IMG/VR virus record: IMGVR_UViG_3300005532_000007
Span: 24,173-88,172 of that record
Strand: one strand, 5' to 3'
Length of the DNA stretch: 64,000 bases
DNA from: a virus
The position numbers and the translations under genes were made by a program. Shown here in pieces: positions 8,493 to 18,211 of this stretch (within the stretch, counting starts at the first letter, position 1; every line of letters starts with the position of its first letter). The notes below the pieces were generated by a model. It had not been told where the DNA came from. It ran no database searches and saw nothing but the letters and a program-made list of their open reading frames with translations.

Positions 8493-10555
8493 GCTGCTGC
8501 TCCGTCCAGGACAGTGGCGCCGTTTCGCTGCGCGGCCGGGGCGAGGTATTTCGCCAGGGTCCAGCGGCCGGTGCCGGGTTCCTGGACGGCGCCGTTGCGC
8601 TGTAGGGCGTTTATCACGGCCGTGTCGGTGGCGCCGACCGCGGCGGCGATGTCGCATACGCGTTGCGGGTCGCCGGTGAACTCGAGGAACTGCTCCACGC
8701 GCGGCCAGGTCTCGCCGCGGGCCGGCTTGGTCTTCACGGTGATCGGCGTTGCCGATGCGTTTGCCGCAGGGGCGGCGTGCTCCGGTGCTGGTTGCGGTGC
8801 CGCGGCGCGGGTGTTCGCGGCGACCAGCGCGGGGTCGCGCAGCTGCCGGGCGAACAGTTCGCGCAGCGCGGCCGCCTGCTCGACGTGCGCCGAGCGGCCC
8901 GTGGCCAGCCAGCGGGCATCGGACTGCACGAAACGGATCGGCTGCCCGACCTCATCGCCGCCCGACGCCCGATAACCCAGGCCGCCGGTCGGCGAGCCGT
9001 CCGCGAAATGCGCCTGCAGTCCGCGCGGATCCACCCCGGCCACGCCGGGCGCCATGTTCAGCTTCGTCGCCAGACTCCCGCCACGCAGCAGGAACTTGTC
9101 CCCGGACACCAGGGCGTCGCGCAGCGTGTGGCTCGTGAGCACGTCCTCCGCGACCGAGATCGACAGGACGGTCAGGCGCACTGCCGCCTTACGGCCGCCC
9201 TCGGCGAGCTCCTCCAGCAGCCCGAGGATCTTCTTGTCGCGGCGCATCAGCGTCGGGACCTCGTCGATGTACCCGGACACCAGCGGCCGCTCAAAGGTGG
9301 GCCGGATCAGGTCGATGCCCTCGGCGGCCATCTGCCCGACCCGGGTGCGCAGCACCTGCACCATCGCCTCGAGGCTCAGGCGGATCTGCACGTACAGGTC
9401 CTCGATCGGCAGCGGGCGCGCGAACAGGTCGAGCTTGTCCAGCCACCCGGCGTAGGAGGCGCCGGCGTGCGGGTCGAGCACCCACGGCGCCACCACGGGA
9501 CGCCCGTGCTCGTCCGTGGTGTGCATGTCCAGGGTCAGCAGGGTGCGCGCGAGCTGGCTCTTGCCCGAGCCGGTCGAGCCGACGGCGACACGGTGTGGTG
9601 AGCCGAATCCGTCGATCCACACCCGGTAGGGCTGGTATTCGCCGGTGACGGTGCGGGCTAGCTGCGGGTGGGTGAACGAACCGGGCTGCGCGACGCGCTC
9701 GAGGCGGGCGGTGGCCTGCAGCGGGTTGCGTTCGAACACGTACAGGCGGGCGGTGCCGTCCGGGCGTGGCTGCGCGATGACGTTCGCCGGGTGGATCGCG
9801 GCGCGGCCGTCGCCGACGCCGGTGTACGCCTGCGCGATCAGATCGGTGTGCTCGATCAGCATCGCGGGCCGCTGCCGCACGGGCCCCTTGCCGAGGTTGA
9901 AGCGCACGGTGGCGGCGAACGCGAACCCGCCGGTGTCACTGAGCCGCTCGATCTGGTCGAGGGCGGTGCGGGGGAACTGGCCGCCCTCGCAGGCGAAACC
10001 CTCCTCCCACACATCCGCGATCAGGCGGGTGAACGCGTCGCGCGGATCGGCTGGGTCTTGCTGCTCGCCAGCAGACGGCTGGGTTTCGGCCGCGGCCGGG
10101 GCTGCGGGCGCTGCGGGCACGAGGCGGCGCAGCCACCAGGCGAGCGACAGCGGCGCGGTCAGCGTCCCGAACAGGATCAGCATGCTCTCGTGCAGCGGAG
10201 AGACCGCGCTGGCGCACGCGAGATACGTGATGGAGGAGGACGCGAGCGCGGCCTGATAGAGGCGGTGCGCGTTGGCCAGCGGGCGGCCGTTGCGTTTGCG
10301 CCACAGCCGGTGCGCGGCGTGCCCGCCGAGCGCCGCCGCCGTGGCGGCGCCCAAACCGAGCGCGTCGGTGACCCCGGTGACGCGGTGTGCTTCGCATCCG
10401 GCGGCGAACAGCACAGCCGCGCCGGTGACGGGCGCGTAGGCGGCGCGGTGACGCCAGTAGTGGCGTGCGGCCTTCCCGGGCGCGGTGTCGGCGAACTTCA
10501 CCGGCGCTGCGGCCGGTGCCGGCAGCACGGGAAGGTTCTGGCTCGGGCGGCCCAT
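8489..10555 (-). CDS. traB: TraB-type FtsK/SpoIIIE conjugative DNA translocase
   Basis: N-terminal TMs, Walker A GSTGSGKS, Walker B GYIDE, GGRKAAV Arg motif, C-terminal wHTH; context of Spd/NUDIX/GntR genes. Confidence 0.85.
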   Translation of the reverse strand: MGRPSQNLPVLPAPAAAPVKFADTAPGKAARHYWRHRAAYAPVTGAAVLFAAGCEAHRVTGVTDALGLGAATAAALGGHAAHRLWRKRNGRPLANAHRLYQAALASSSITYLACASAVSPLHESMLILFGTLTAPLSLAWWLRRLVPAAPAAPAAAETQPSAGEQQDPADPRDAFTRLIADVWEEGFACEGGQFPRTALDQIERLSDTGGFAFAATVRFNLGKGPVRQRPAMLIEHTDLIAQAYTGVGDGRAAIHPANVIAQPRPDGTARLYVFERNPLQATARLERVAQPGSFTHPQLARTVTGEYQPYRVWIDGFGSPHRVAVGSTGSGKSQLARTLLTLDMHTTDEHGRPVVAPWVLDPHAGASYAGWLDKLDLFARPLPIEDLYVQIRLSLEAMVQVLRTRVGQMAAEGIDLIRPTFERPLVSGYIDEVPTLMRRDKKILGLLEELAEGGRKAAVRLTVLSISVAEDVLTSHTLRDALVSGDKFLLRGGSLATKLNMAPGVAGVDPRGLQAHFADGSPTGGLGYRASGGDEVGQPIRFVQSDARWLATGRSAHVEQAAALRELFARQLRDPALVAANTRAAAPQPAPEHAAPAANASATPITVKTKPARGETWPRVEQFLEFTGDPQRVCDIAAAVGATDTAVINALQRNGAVQEPGTGRWTLAKYLAPAAQRNGATVLDGAAA

Positions 10556-10599
10556 GATCCTGGCTCCTTCTAGTGGTGCGGTCGGTCGGATGCGGATGG

Positions 10600-11829
10600 T
10601 TAGGCCAGCAGGAAGTCGTGGTCAGCCGAGCCGTGCCCGACGCGCGCCGTCTCGTCGCGGAACCCGCCCTGGTGGTTGGCGAGCGTCGCGCGCACCTGCC
10701 CGGCGACCTGCGCTGCGTTCTCCGCGTCACCCTGCACGCCCGGCATGAGCGCAGCCAGGGACGCTTCCATCTGCGCGATCTGGTCGCTCAGTTGCGCGGC
10801 CTGCGCGGCCTTGGCGGCCATCGCCTGGTAGACCTGCACGCTGTCGGCCATGGCGCCGACGGAGGCCTGGTCCACGCCGCGTTCGGCGGCGTTCTGGGTG
10901 CTGGCGGCCCACGCCGCGGCGGCCTGCCGGGCGGACGCGGCCAGCGCGTCGAGTGCCTGCGCGCGGGCGCCGGCGGAGGCGGCGCGGTTGGTGGCGATCG
11001 CGGCGTGCTGCCCGGCCTGACCGCTGATCTGGGTGGCGGCCTCGGCGCTACCGGAGGCGGCGGTCATGACTTGGCTGTAGGTCTCGGCAGCGGCGGGGGC
11101 GAGTTCATTGGCCATGGTTGTTCCGATCTGTGCGATGGGGATGTTCGTGGTGGGGATGCCGCGCGGTGCGCGCGGGAAAATGCCGTCGATAGTCGGGTCG
11201 TGAACAACCTCGGCGTCGGCGACATCCGCGGGTTCGGCGCGAGCCGTGGGGGCATCGGCAGCGTCGTCGACGATCTCGCCGTCCGCCGTGTCGCCGTCCT
11301 TCCAGTCGGCGGCGCGCGGCGGGGCACCTCCCGCCGGGCCGGGACCCGGCCGGGAGCCACCGAACCGGCGTCCGGCTCGATCGAACGGGCCGCGCGGCCA
11401 CGATCCGGTAAAGCCGCCGCGGGTGCGGTCACCGGCCGGGCCGCTCGCCGCGTCAGGCTCGTCGCCGCTACTCGTCGGCCGTGTGCCTTCGCGCGGGGCG
11501 CCCGGTTCGCGAGCGGGCCCGCCCAGGGCGCCGCGTGCGGCGCGCTTGGCCAGGTGCCAGCCGTCCACACCGGCCGCCCAACCGAACCCGGCGCCCAGCG
11601 CCAGGGCCCAGCCGATGCCCCGCGCGCCGAGATCCGCGAGCACCGATCCGGCGCCCGGGCCGCCCGGTTGCGCGGGGAACGCGTGGCGCAGCGCAGCGGC
11701 GATGCGCTGCGCTGACGCGGGCACCCGCTCGCTGAGCATCTCCCGCCCGTGCCGGACGACGGCGACCAACGACCAGATGATCACCGCGCCGAGTAGCACG
11801 CCCCACGCCTGCGCCGCATTGGTCACCAT
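10600..11829 (-). CDS. Transfer-region protein (N-terminal TM, Ala-rich coiled-coil C-terminus)
   Basis: Long ORF directly upstream of traB, as in actinomycete transfer regions. Confidence 0.55.
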   Translation of the reverse strand: MVTNAAQAWGVLLGAVIIWSLVAVVRHGREMLSERVPASAQRIAAALRHAFPAQPGGPGAGSVLADLGARGIGWALALGAGFGWAAGVDGWHLAKRAARGALGGPAREPGAPREGTRPTSSGDEPDAASGPAGDRTRGGFTGSWPRGPFDRAGRRFGGSRPGPGPAGGAPPRAADWKDGDTADGEIVDDAADAPTARAEPADVADAEVVHDPTIDGIFPRAPRGIPTTNIPIAQIGTTMANELAPAAAETYSQVMTAASGSAEAATQISGQAGQHAAIATNRAASAGARAQALDALAASARQAAAAWAASTQNAAERGVDQASVGAMADSVQVYQAMAAKAAQAAQLSDQIAQMEASLAALMPGVQGDAENAAQVAGQVRATLANHQGGFRDETARVGHGSADHDFLLA

Positions 11830-11836
11830 CGCTGGC

Positions 11837-12463
11837 TCACCCGAGCCCGAACCAAGAGCCGACCAGATGCCCGATCTCCGCCGCGAGCGCGGCGAACGGC
11901 ACCGCAGCCATCGCTCCGGCCGGTCCGGGCAGCGTGACGGTCAGCGGGCCGACGCCGATCGCGCCGTACTTCTCGAAGCGGTGCTCGATCCACTGCCAGG
12001 ACTTGCCGCCGGAGCGGCCCGCGGCGGCGCCTGGCCCGGCGGTGATGGCCGCGGGCCCGCTGCCGGCGCCGGTCCGCGAGCGGGCGGCCCGACGGCCTTG
12101 GACCGCGTCCCACAGGTGCAGGGCCGCCCACAGCAGCAGCGGGATCTCGATCAACGTCAGGATGCCGACGCTCGAGGGCCAGTTCGACGTGAGCTGCGTG
12201 GCGCGCGCCGCGTCGCGCAGCAGGCCCGCGGACCAGGTGTTGATGCCCTGCAGCAGGCGCGCGCCGGGAGACGCGAACAGGATCGTCGCGCCGGCCGCCA
12301 TGAGGATCTTGGCGAGCAGGTCGAGGATGCGGTGGCGGTGGGCGAGCTTGTGGTGCGCGAACCACGCGATCGCCAGGGTGATAGCGCCGACCGCCGCGGA
12401 GACGGCGGCGGTTCCGGCGGACAGTGCGAGGGTGGCGCTCTGCGCGAGCGCTTGCGGGTGCAT
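11837..12463 (-). CDS. Multi-TM Spd-like membrane protein
   Basis: 3-4 hydrophobic segments; GGAG RBS. Confidence 0.55.
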   Translation of the reverse strand: MHPQALAQSATLALSAGTAAVSAAVGAITLAIAWFAHHKLAHRHRILDLLAKILMAAGATILFASPGARLLQGINTWSAGLLRDAARATQLTSNWPSSVGILTLIEIPLLLWAALHLWDAVQGRRAARSRTGAGSGPAAITAGPGAAAGRSGGKSWQWIEHRFEKYGAIGVGPLTVTLPGPAGAMAAVPFAALAAEIGHLVGSWFGLG

Positions 12464-12585
12464 CAGGGGGCTCCGTTTCCGTTTTGACGTGAGTGGATCA
12501 GTGCTCTAATCTCGCGCGCGCGGGCGCGCGCCCGCGTGTAGGACCCGTTTTCGGGCCCGGGGCGGGTGTGAGCGGGGTTGTGAGT

Positions 12586-12915
12586 TCACGTGCCGTACCT
12601 CGCGATCACGGCGTCGAGTGCCTTGGTGGCGGCGGTCAGTGCCCGCTCGTTGTCCAGGGCGCGCACCTGGTCGGCGGCGACTTCGAACAGGGCGCGGGGG
12701 CTGTTGGCGGCGCGGTGGCGGCGGTCGGCGTAGAACGCGGCTCGGCGTGCGGCGCGGCGTTCGGATTTGCGCGGCCGGGCGCCCGCGGTGGGCGCCGGCT
12801 CGTCGTGGGTCGTCGAAGAGCGGCTCGCCGGGGTGGGCGACTCGACGCGTTGCGCGTCGGGTGATTCGCCGAGCCACTGCAACGCCCGCCGCGCCGCGGG
12901 TTTACGCGCCGTCAT
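12586..12915 (-). CDS. Hypothetical protein of transfer module
   Basis: ATGA-coupled to the upstream spd-like gene. Confidence 0.55.
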   Translation of the reverse strand: MTARKPAARRALQWLGESPDAQRVESPTPASRSSTTHDEPAPTAGARPRKSERRAARRAAFYADRRHRAANSPRALFEVAADQVRALDNERALTAATKALDAVIARYGT

Positions 12916-14054
12916 GAGGCACGCTCCTGCGGGGTGTCATCCGCGTTGCCGCGGCCGCCGCTCTTGCTGCGTCGGCTGCGTGTCACGCGCACGTAGACCT
13001 TGTCAACGGTGACACCCCGTGCGGCGAGTAGCGCTACGGCGTGTGAGGCGACACGCCCGGGTAGCAGGTCGTCGAGCCGCCGCACGGCTTCGGCCTGTGT
13101 CATCTCGTGCCACGCCGGGGGCCCGGCGGCGTCGAGGACGCGCAGGTCGGCTTCGAGATCGGCGTGCGGCAGGGGTGTCGCTGCGCCCGCGGTCAGGGGC
13201 GTCACGGTGGGGCGTGTCGCGCGGGGACGGCGGGGTGTCGCGGGAGTGTCGGTGCTACGTGCAGGGCGCGCCGGGGTATCGGCGCCTGCCGTCTCGCCCG
13301 TGGCGGTGGGCGTGTCAGTCGCAGGGGTATCGCCGCTACGCGTCGCGGCGACCGCGGCGGGGGTGTCGCTTTCGCCGAGGGCGATGGAGAGACGTGTCGC
13401 GGCCGATACGTGCCAGCGCCAGGCGCGGCCGTGTGTATCGCGCAGCGCGGCGATGCGGCCGAGACGTACACGTTCCATCGCGAGGGCGGTGCTGTAGGAG
13501 TTCTGGTGCCACAGGATCATGCGCCGCCACAGCTTCAGGGTCGGCCACGGCGAAAGCAGCCAGCGCGCCGCCGGGATCGGCTCGCGCAGGCTGCCGCCGT
13601 GCCGCAGCGCGGTGCGCCGCACGACGTGCCGCATGAGTTCGACGAACATCACCCACACGCTGGGCATCAGGACGTGCGCGACGCGGCCGGTGAGGTCTCC
13701 GCCGGCGGCGTAGTTGAGCCACACGGTCCCGAAGGTGGCGCCGTACACGGTCCAGCGCGCGAGCGGGTGGCTCATGCCGAGCCGGTTGAGGACGAGGTCG
13801 ACGCCGGAGAACACCAGGACGGTCAGGTCGACGACGAGCGGGACAAGCCACGCCCAGCGGGGCCCGAAGCTGGGGGTCATACGCACGGAGACGGCGTGGA
13901 AGGACAGGGCCATGCCGGCGACGGCGATGAGGGCGGCGAGGACGCCGATGACGACGGTGACGGTGAGCCAGCCGGGGCCGAGCGGTTCGGGCGTGGGGTC
14001 CGGGCCGTTGGGGTCGCGCTGGGTGGTCATGGTCGCCTCGCTGGTGGTGGTCAT
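12912..14054 (-). CDS. DUF2637-type Spd membrane protein
   Basis: AWLVPLVVD, TVWLN, HVLMP and IPAARWLLSPWPTLKLWRRMILW motifs typical of Streptomyces plasmid spread proteins. Confidence 0.8.
   Translation of the reverse strand: MTTTSEATMTTQRDPNGPDPTPEPLGPGWLTVTVVIGVLAALIAVAGMALSFHAVSVRMTPSFGPRWAWLVPLVVDLTVLVFSGVDLVLNRLGMSHPLARWTVYGATFGTVWLNYAAGGDLTGRVAHVLMPSVWVMFVELMRHVVRRTALRHGGSLREPIPAARWLLSPWPTLKLWRRMILWHQNSYSTALAMERVRLGRIAALRDTHGRAWRWHVSAATRLSIALGESDTPAAVAATRSGDTPATDTPTATGETAGADTPARPARSTDTPATPRRPRATRPTVTPLTAGAATPLPHADLEADLRVLDAAGPPAWHEMTQAEAVRRLDDLLPGRVASHAVALLAARGVTVDKVYVRVTRSRRSKSGGRGNADDTPQERAS
13172..13442 (+). repeat. About 10 co-oriented GGNGTRTCGC-like repeats inside the spd gene (candidate clt/TraB recognition locus)
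   Basis: Copies at about 13172, 13211, 13232, 13243, 13273, 13309, 13324, 13360, 13391 and 13433, falling in different reading frames. Confidence 0.6.
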
Positions 14055-14146
14055 CGGTCTCGCCTCCTTCGGAACTGGGGGTCAGATGGCGCGGTAGCGG
14101 TCGGTTTGCCCGGGCCAGGGGATGCCGTCCAGGGCGCGGGTCAGGG

Positions 14147-14893
14147 CTAGTGGTGCGGCGACCGGGAAGCGGCGGCCTCGATCACGTCCAGGTCGGCGCC
14201 GGACACCTGCGCGAGCCCGGCATGGACGAGCCACAGCACCCACACCGGTTCGATCCCGGGCGTGTCGGCGCTGCCGTGGGCGTAGGCGACGGTACGGGTG
14301 ACCAGGTCGGTGATCTGGGTGGCGGTGAGCCAGCGGGCGTTGCGGGTTTCGCGCGCGCTGGGGCTCAGCTGCCCAGTGGCGCTGGCGGTGTACACGCTCC
14401 AGTGGTGGCCGATGCCTGCGGGCCCGGCGGGGCGGCGGCAGACGTTGGGGCGCCATCCTCCGGTCACGAGGGTGAGCGGTCCGACGGTAAGGCCGGTTTC
14501 CTCGGCGGCTTCTGCTGCGGCGCCCTGTTCGGGGGTGCCGTGGGTGTCGATGTGTCCGGCGGCGGGGGCGGTGCCGGGGGGCGGGGTGTTGCGGTCGAAC
14601 ATGAGCCAGGTGCCGGTTTCGGGGTTGTGGATGAGGATCCCGACGCTGGTGTTGTCGCAGTGCGGGGTGATCGCGAGGATGCGGGCGGCGTCGAGGACGC
14701 GGGTGTGGCTGGGGCCGTGGGGGGTGAGGCGTGCGGGGATGAGTAGGTGGAGTCCGGGCGTGGGGTTGGTGGTCAGTTCGCGTAGGGCGTCGAGTTCGTC
14801 GGGTGTGACGCTGGCTGTGAGGGTTTGGGGATGGGGGTTGTCGGTTTGGTAGGTGATGTCGGCGGTGAGGGTGGCGGTCATGGTGGGGGTCAT
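14147..14893 (-). CDS. NUDIX hydrolase (pSAM2 Pif/MutT-like)
   Basis: AGHIDTHGTPEQGAAAEAAEETGL Nudix box variant; AICE-like context. Confidence 0.8.
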   Translation of the reverse strand: MTPTMTATLTADITYQTDNPHPQTLTASVTPDELDALRELTTNPTPGLHLLIPARLTPHGPSHTRVLDAARILAITPHCDNTSVGILIHNPETGTWLMFDRNTPPPGTAPAAGHIDTHGTPEQGAAAEAAEETGLTVGPLTLVTGGWRPNVCRRPAGPAGIGHHWSVYTASATGQLSPSARETRNARWLTATQITDLVTRTVAYAHGSADTPGIEPVWVLWLVHAGLAQVSGADLDVIEAAASRSPHH

Positions 14894-14986
14894 GGTGGGG
14901 GTCTCGTTTTCGTTGCGGTCGGGGCTGGCTCTCCGCCGGGGCACGTCCGGGGCACGTCCCGCGTGGGGGCGTGCCCTGGCGGAGGG

Positions 14987-15442
14987 TCAGAGCGTCGGGT
15001 AGTGCGGGACGGGTTCGGTCAGGTAGCCGGGCAGGTCCGGGTCGCCGAGCGGGATGGTGGCGATGACCGTGTGCCAGTCGCCGCGCGTGGTCTCGGTCAG
15101 TGAACTGGCCAGGACGGCGATGATGAGCAGGCCGCGGCCGTGTTCGTCGGTTTCGTAGGGGTCTTCGTTGTCGGCGGGAGTTTTGCCGGGCCGGTCGGTG
15201 ACGGTGAGGGTGAGCAGGTCGCCGGGCAGGTGTGCAGTAATGGCGAGCGGGGGTAGGGCGTGGGTGAGGGCGTTGGTGAAGAGTTCGGAGAGGACGAGGA
15301 CGGCACCGTCGGCGGTGTCGCCTTGGTAGCCGCGGCGGGTCAGATAGTCCGACAGCCAGGTGCGGGCGTGGGCGACGGTGGTTTTGTTCGGGTGGGCATA
15401 GGTGACGGCGTGGGTTGCCTGCTCGATCGTCGCGGCGGTCAT
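14987..15442 (-). CDS. HATPase_c RsbW-like ATP-binding protein (anti-sigma kinase-like)
   Basis: VLVLSELFTNALTHA N-box, VTD, EHGRGLLII G-box. Confidence 0.85.
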   Translation of the reverse strand: MTAATIEQATHAVTYAHPNKTTVAHARTWLSDYLTRRGYQGDTADGAVLVLSELFTNALTHALPPLAITAHLPGDLLTLTVTDRPGKTPADNEDPYETDEHGRGLLIIAVLASSLTETTRGDWHTVIATIPLGDPDLPGYLTEPVPHYPTL

Positions 15443-15486
15443 CGGTCCACTCCCGTGTGCTGCTGTGCGGCGCGCGTTGGTGTGTG

Positions 15487-15765
15487 TCACGCGGCACCGT
15501 CCAGGTGCGGCAGGTGGTCGAGGGCGTCGAGGGCGCTGACGGCCTGCTGGTCGTGTTCGGGGGTGTCGTTGAGGGCTTGGGTGGCCCATGCGGCGGCGGC
15601 GCGCCAGATGTCGGCGAGTACGTCCGTGGGGCGGCGGCCGGCGGCGAGTTGGTCGAGGCCGATTTCGACGGCGTCGTCCATGGCTTCGAGCTGTTCGAGG
15701 ATCGCGCCGCGCGGCGCGGTCGAGGTGTGCCGGTGGCCGGTGGGGAATTCCAGCACGACGCTCAC
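15487..15765 (-). CDS. Hypothetical protein
   Basis: GTGA-coupled ORF. Confidence 0.5.
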   Translation of the reverse strand: MSVVLEFPTGHRHTSTAPRGAILEQLEAMDDAVEIGLDQLAAGRRPTDVLADIWRAAAAWATQALNDTPEHDQQAVSALDALDHLPHLDGAA

Positions 15766-16103
15766 GAGGCCACCTGCCCGCTGTTCGCCGCGTCGGCGGC
15801 GGTGTCCCACAGATCGAGCAGCGTGTCGCGCACGGTGCCGCGGGCGTTTTCGTGCAGGGCGAGCGCGGTCATGAGCGCCGTGGTGGCCTGCTCGACGAGC
15901 TCGTGGGTGTCGGTGGGCTGGCCGTTCACAGACGGCGGGTCGATGCGCGGGGTGCCGGCGGTGACCCCACCCAGGTCGCTGAACTTCTCGATCTCGAGGG
16001 CGGCCTCGGACGCCATGAACTCGGCATACTTGGCCGCAGTCGTGCCGGCCGGGACCTCGAACGTGACGGGCAGGTGCAGGACGGTGCGGGCAGTGTCGCT
16101 CAT
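15762..16103 (-). CDS. Hypothetical protein
   Basis: TGATG-coupled ORF MSDTART... Confidence 0.55.
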   Translation of the reverse strand: MSDTARTVLHLPVTFEVPAGTTAAKYAEFMASEAALEIEKFSDLGGVTAGTPRIDPPSVNGQPTDTHELVEQATTALMTALALHENARGTVRDTLLDLWDTAADAANSGQVAS

Positions 16104-16468
16104 CAGGCGCCCGCGGTTTCCGCGGTACCCGCGAGGGCCTGCAGCTCGTAGTAGCGGGCGAGGTCCAGGTCGCCGTGCAGCAGCGCGTCGGTGGCCAGCA
16201 GCGCCATCGCCATCGGCTTGATCTGGTCCGGCTCCAGGGACATCCCGAACCCGGCCATGACGGTGAGCTGGGTGTTGCCCTTGTGCCGCTGCAGGGAGAA
16301 GACGGCCTCGGTCACGGCGTCTTCGTGGGGTCCGCGGTCGCCGAAGTTCAGGCGGATCGGGGTGTTGTAGCAGGAGCCGGCACCGGGTTCGTCGGGGTCC
16401 TCGTAGTGCTCGGCGGGGCTGCACCACGCGGCGTGGTTGTCGGCCGGCTGGGGTACGGTGGTGGTCAT
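16103..16468 (-). CDS. DUF6907-like hypothetical protein
   Basis: HAAWC...H...C motif and LEPDQIKPMAMALL ending. Confidence 0.55.
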   Translation of the reverse strand: MTTTVPQPADNHAAWCSPAEHYEDPDEPGAGSCYNTPIRLNFGDRGPHEDAVTEAVFSLQRHKGNTQLTVMAGFGMSLEPDQIKPMAMALLATDALLHGDLDLARYYELQALAGTAETAGA

Positions 16469-16617
16469 TGATCCGGTTCCTCTCGCGTGGTGGCGGATCG
16501 CGGGCCCGGCGGTGAAGGCGTCACCGCCGGGCTTCGGCCTGCTCGGGGATGGTGCTGGTCGGACTGGGCGCCCAGCGGCCGTGCGTGGAGGGGGCGGCCG
16601 CCGGGCTTCCGGCCCGG

Positions 16618-16812
16618 TCAGGACGTGCTGATCTCATTGCGCACGGCGTTATAGACCAGGTCCATGTCGCCGTCGTTCAGGTCGATGCCGTTGTCGGCGC
16701 AGTAGTCCTCGATCCACTGGGTGATCGAGGCGCCGTCGGGGTGGGGACCGTGCTCGTCAAGCAGCCCGGGGGTGACCTGCTTGGCGAGGTCGGCGGCTTC
16801 GATGGCGTCCAT
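16618..16812 (-). CDS. Small acidic hypothetical protein
   Basis: AAGGA RBS; high-GC codon usage. Confidence 0.55.
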   Translation of the reverse strand: MDAIEAADLAKQVTPGLLDEHGPHPDGASITQWIEDYCADNGIDLNDGDMDLVYNAVRNEISTS

Positions 16813-16898
16813 CGGTTCGGGTTCCTTCCTGCTGGCTGGTGCGGGGTGGCTGCCGCCCGCGGCTGGAGTGCGGCCAGGCCGCGGGCGGCGGCTCGGGG

Positions 16899-17069
16899 TT
16901 ACCGCGGGACGCCGTCGGGCCAGATCAGCGCGGTCAGGCGCGCCGAGTCCTGCGCTTGGTCTGGGGAGGGCTCTCCTGCCGCGTTGGTGTGGTTGTTGAG
17001 CCGGTTGCGCAGGGACTCGGCTTGGGTTTCGAGCGTGACGCGTTCTGCGGGGGTCAGGGGTCTGGGCAT
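16899..17069 (-). CDS. 56-aa hypothetical protein (below the ORF-track cutoff)
   Basis: AAGGAG RBS then MPRPLTPAERVTLETQAESLRNRL...VPR*. Confidence 0.6.
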   Translation of the reverse strand: MPRPLTPAERVTLETQAESLRNRLNNHTNAAGEPSPDQAQDSARLTALIWPDGVPR

Positions 17070-17114
17070 GTCGGTCTCCTTGTTTGGCCGGTTTCGGGCG
17101 GCGCTCGTGGGCGG

Positions 17115-17327
17115 CTAAGCCGCAGCGGGGGTGGCGCCAATCGCGTTGCGAGCCATGTACGCCTCGACGGATGAGCGGGTTACGCGGATGCGGGTCTTAG
17201 TCGGCCCGACGCGAAACGCCTCGAACTCCCCTGCCGCGATCTCCCGCAGGATCGTCGCCTTACTCACGCCGACGATGCCGGCGACCTGCGCGGGCGTCAG
17301 CTTGTCGGTGCCCTCGGTGGTCTGCAT
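17115..17327 (-). CDS. xis: Excisionase-like HTH_17 DNA-binding protein
   Basis: LTPAQVAGIVGVSKATILREIAAGEFEAFRVG...IRVTRSSVEAYM. Confidence 0.85.
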   Translation of the reverse strand: MQTTEGTDKLTPAQVAGIVGVSKATILREIAAGEFEAFRVGPTKTRIRVTRSSVEAYMARNAIGATPAAA

Positions 17328-17366
17328 CGGTCGGCTCCTAGCTGGTGCGTTACTTCCAACGCCTCA

Positions 17367-17401
17367 ACCGTAGCGCTATGGTGCTATGGCGTCAATGACG
17401 C
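17367..17401 (-). promoter_or_regulatory. SigA/HrdB-type promoter of the xis-transfer operon with operator repeats
   Basis: TTGACG-N17-TACGGT; tandem CCATAGC in the spacer; ATAGCGCTA shared with the GntR promoter. Confidence 0.75.
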
Positions 17402-17418
17402 TAGGCTGAATCAGGCAA

Positions 17419-17445
17419 AGAAAAAGCCCCGGAGTCAGCCGGGGC
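17419..17445 (-). terminator. Intrinsic terminator downstream of the GntR gene
   Basis: GCCCCGG-CTGACT-CCGGGGC followed by TTTTT. Confidence 0.7.
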
Positions 17446-17461
17446 CGCTGGCGAGGAGGTG

Positions 17462-18211
17462 TCAGGCGTCGTGAACCGGAAGGTCATACTCCAGCTCGTA
17501 GCGCTCGGCACTGAACACGATGTCCAGCGCCTCAACCGGATGCCCATCGTCAGTCCACGTCACGCGCAGGGTGCGCAGAACCGGGACACCCGACGGAATC
17601 CGCAGTGTCTCCACCTCGAACGAAGTGGGCATTCTGCCCGTCACCCATTCGCGACAGGCCCGCGGCGGGTAGCCCAGCCGCTTCAGCACCGTGGGCGTCG
17701 CACCCTTGAGCTTCGCTCTGAAGGCGAGTGGCGTGTCGAATGCGACGTCCAACGGGAAGTACGAGGTCGCGATCTCCAGCGGATCACCGTTCGCGTTGCG
17801 CATGACGCGCCGCCGCATCACGACCTGCTCGTCGGGTTCGACCTCCAGCTTCAAAGCCACTTCATCAGGAGGCGTCACGACATCAACCTCTGGCGGGTCA
17901 GAGCGGCCGTGTGGCGGTTTGGTGCCTTCGGCGACCGGCGATACGAAGTCTGCCGATCGGCTGATCTCGCGCTTCACCTGCCGCACGTAGACACCCTTGC
18001 CAGGCGCGGATTCCACCAGGCCGGCCGCCTTGAGTGCGCGCACCGCCTTCTGGACCGTCGTGGCCGCCACATGATGCTGAGCGGCCAACGCCGTCACCGA
18101 GGGGATCGCGGCGCCTGGTGGGATCTCGCCGTTCTCGATCTTCTTCCGAAGATCCGTCACGATCCGGATGTACGCCGGTTCGCCACTCCACTCGGTCATG
18201 GGCGGCCTCAC
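17462..18211 (-). CDS. GntR/HutC (UTRA) regulator, KorA/KorSA/TraR-like
   Basis: PAYIRIVTDLR...IPSVTALA...TVQKAVRALKAAGLVESAPGKGVYV HTH plus UTRA domain; adjacent to the transfer module. Confidence 0.9.
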   Translation of the reverse strand: MRPPMTEWSGEPAYIRIVTDLRKKIENGEIPPGAAIPSVTALAAQHHVAATTVQKAVRALKAAGLVESAPGKGVYVRQVKREISRSADFVSPVAEGTKPPHGRSDPPEVDVVTPPDEVALKLEVEPDEQVVMRRRVMRNANGDPLEIATSYFPLDVAFDTPLAFRAKLKGATPTVLKRLGYPPRACREWVTGRMPTSFEVETLRIPSGVPVLRTLRVTWTDDGHPVEALDIVFSAERYELEYDLPVHDA

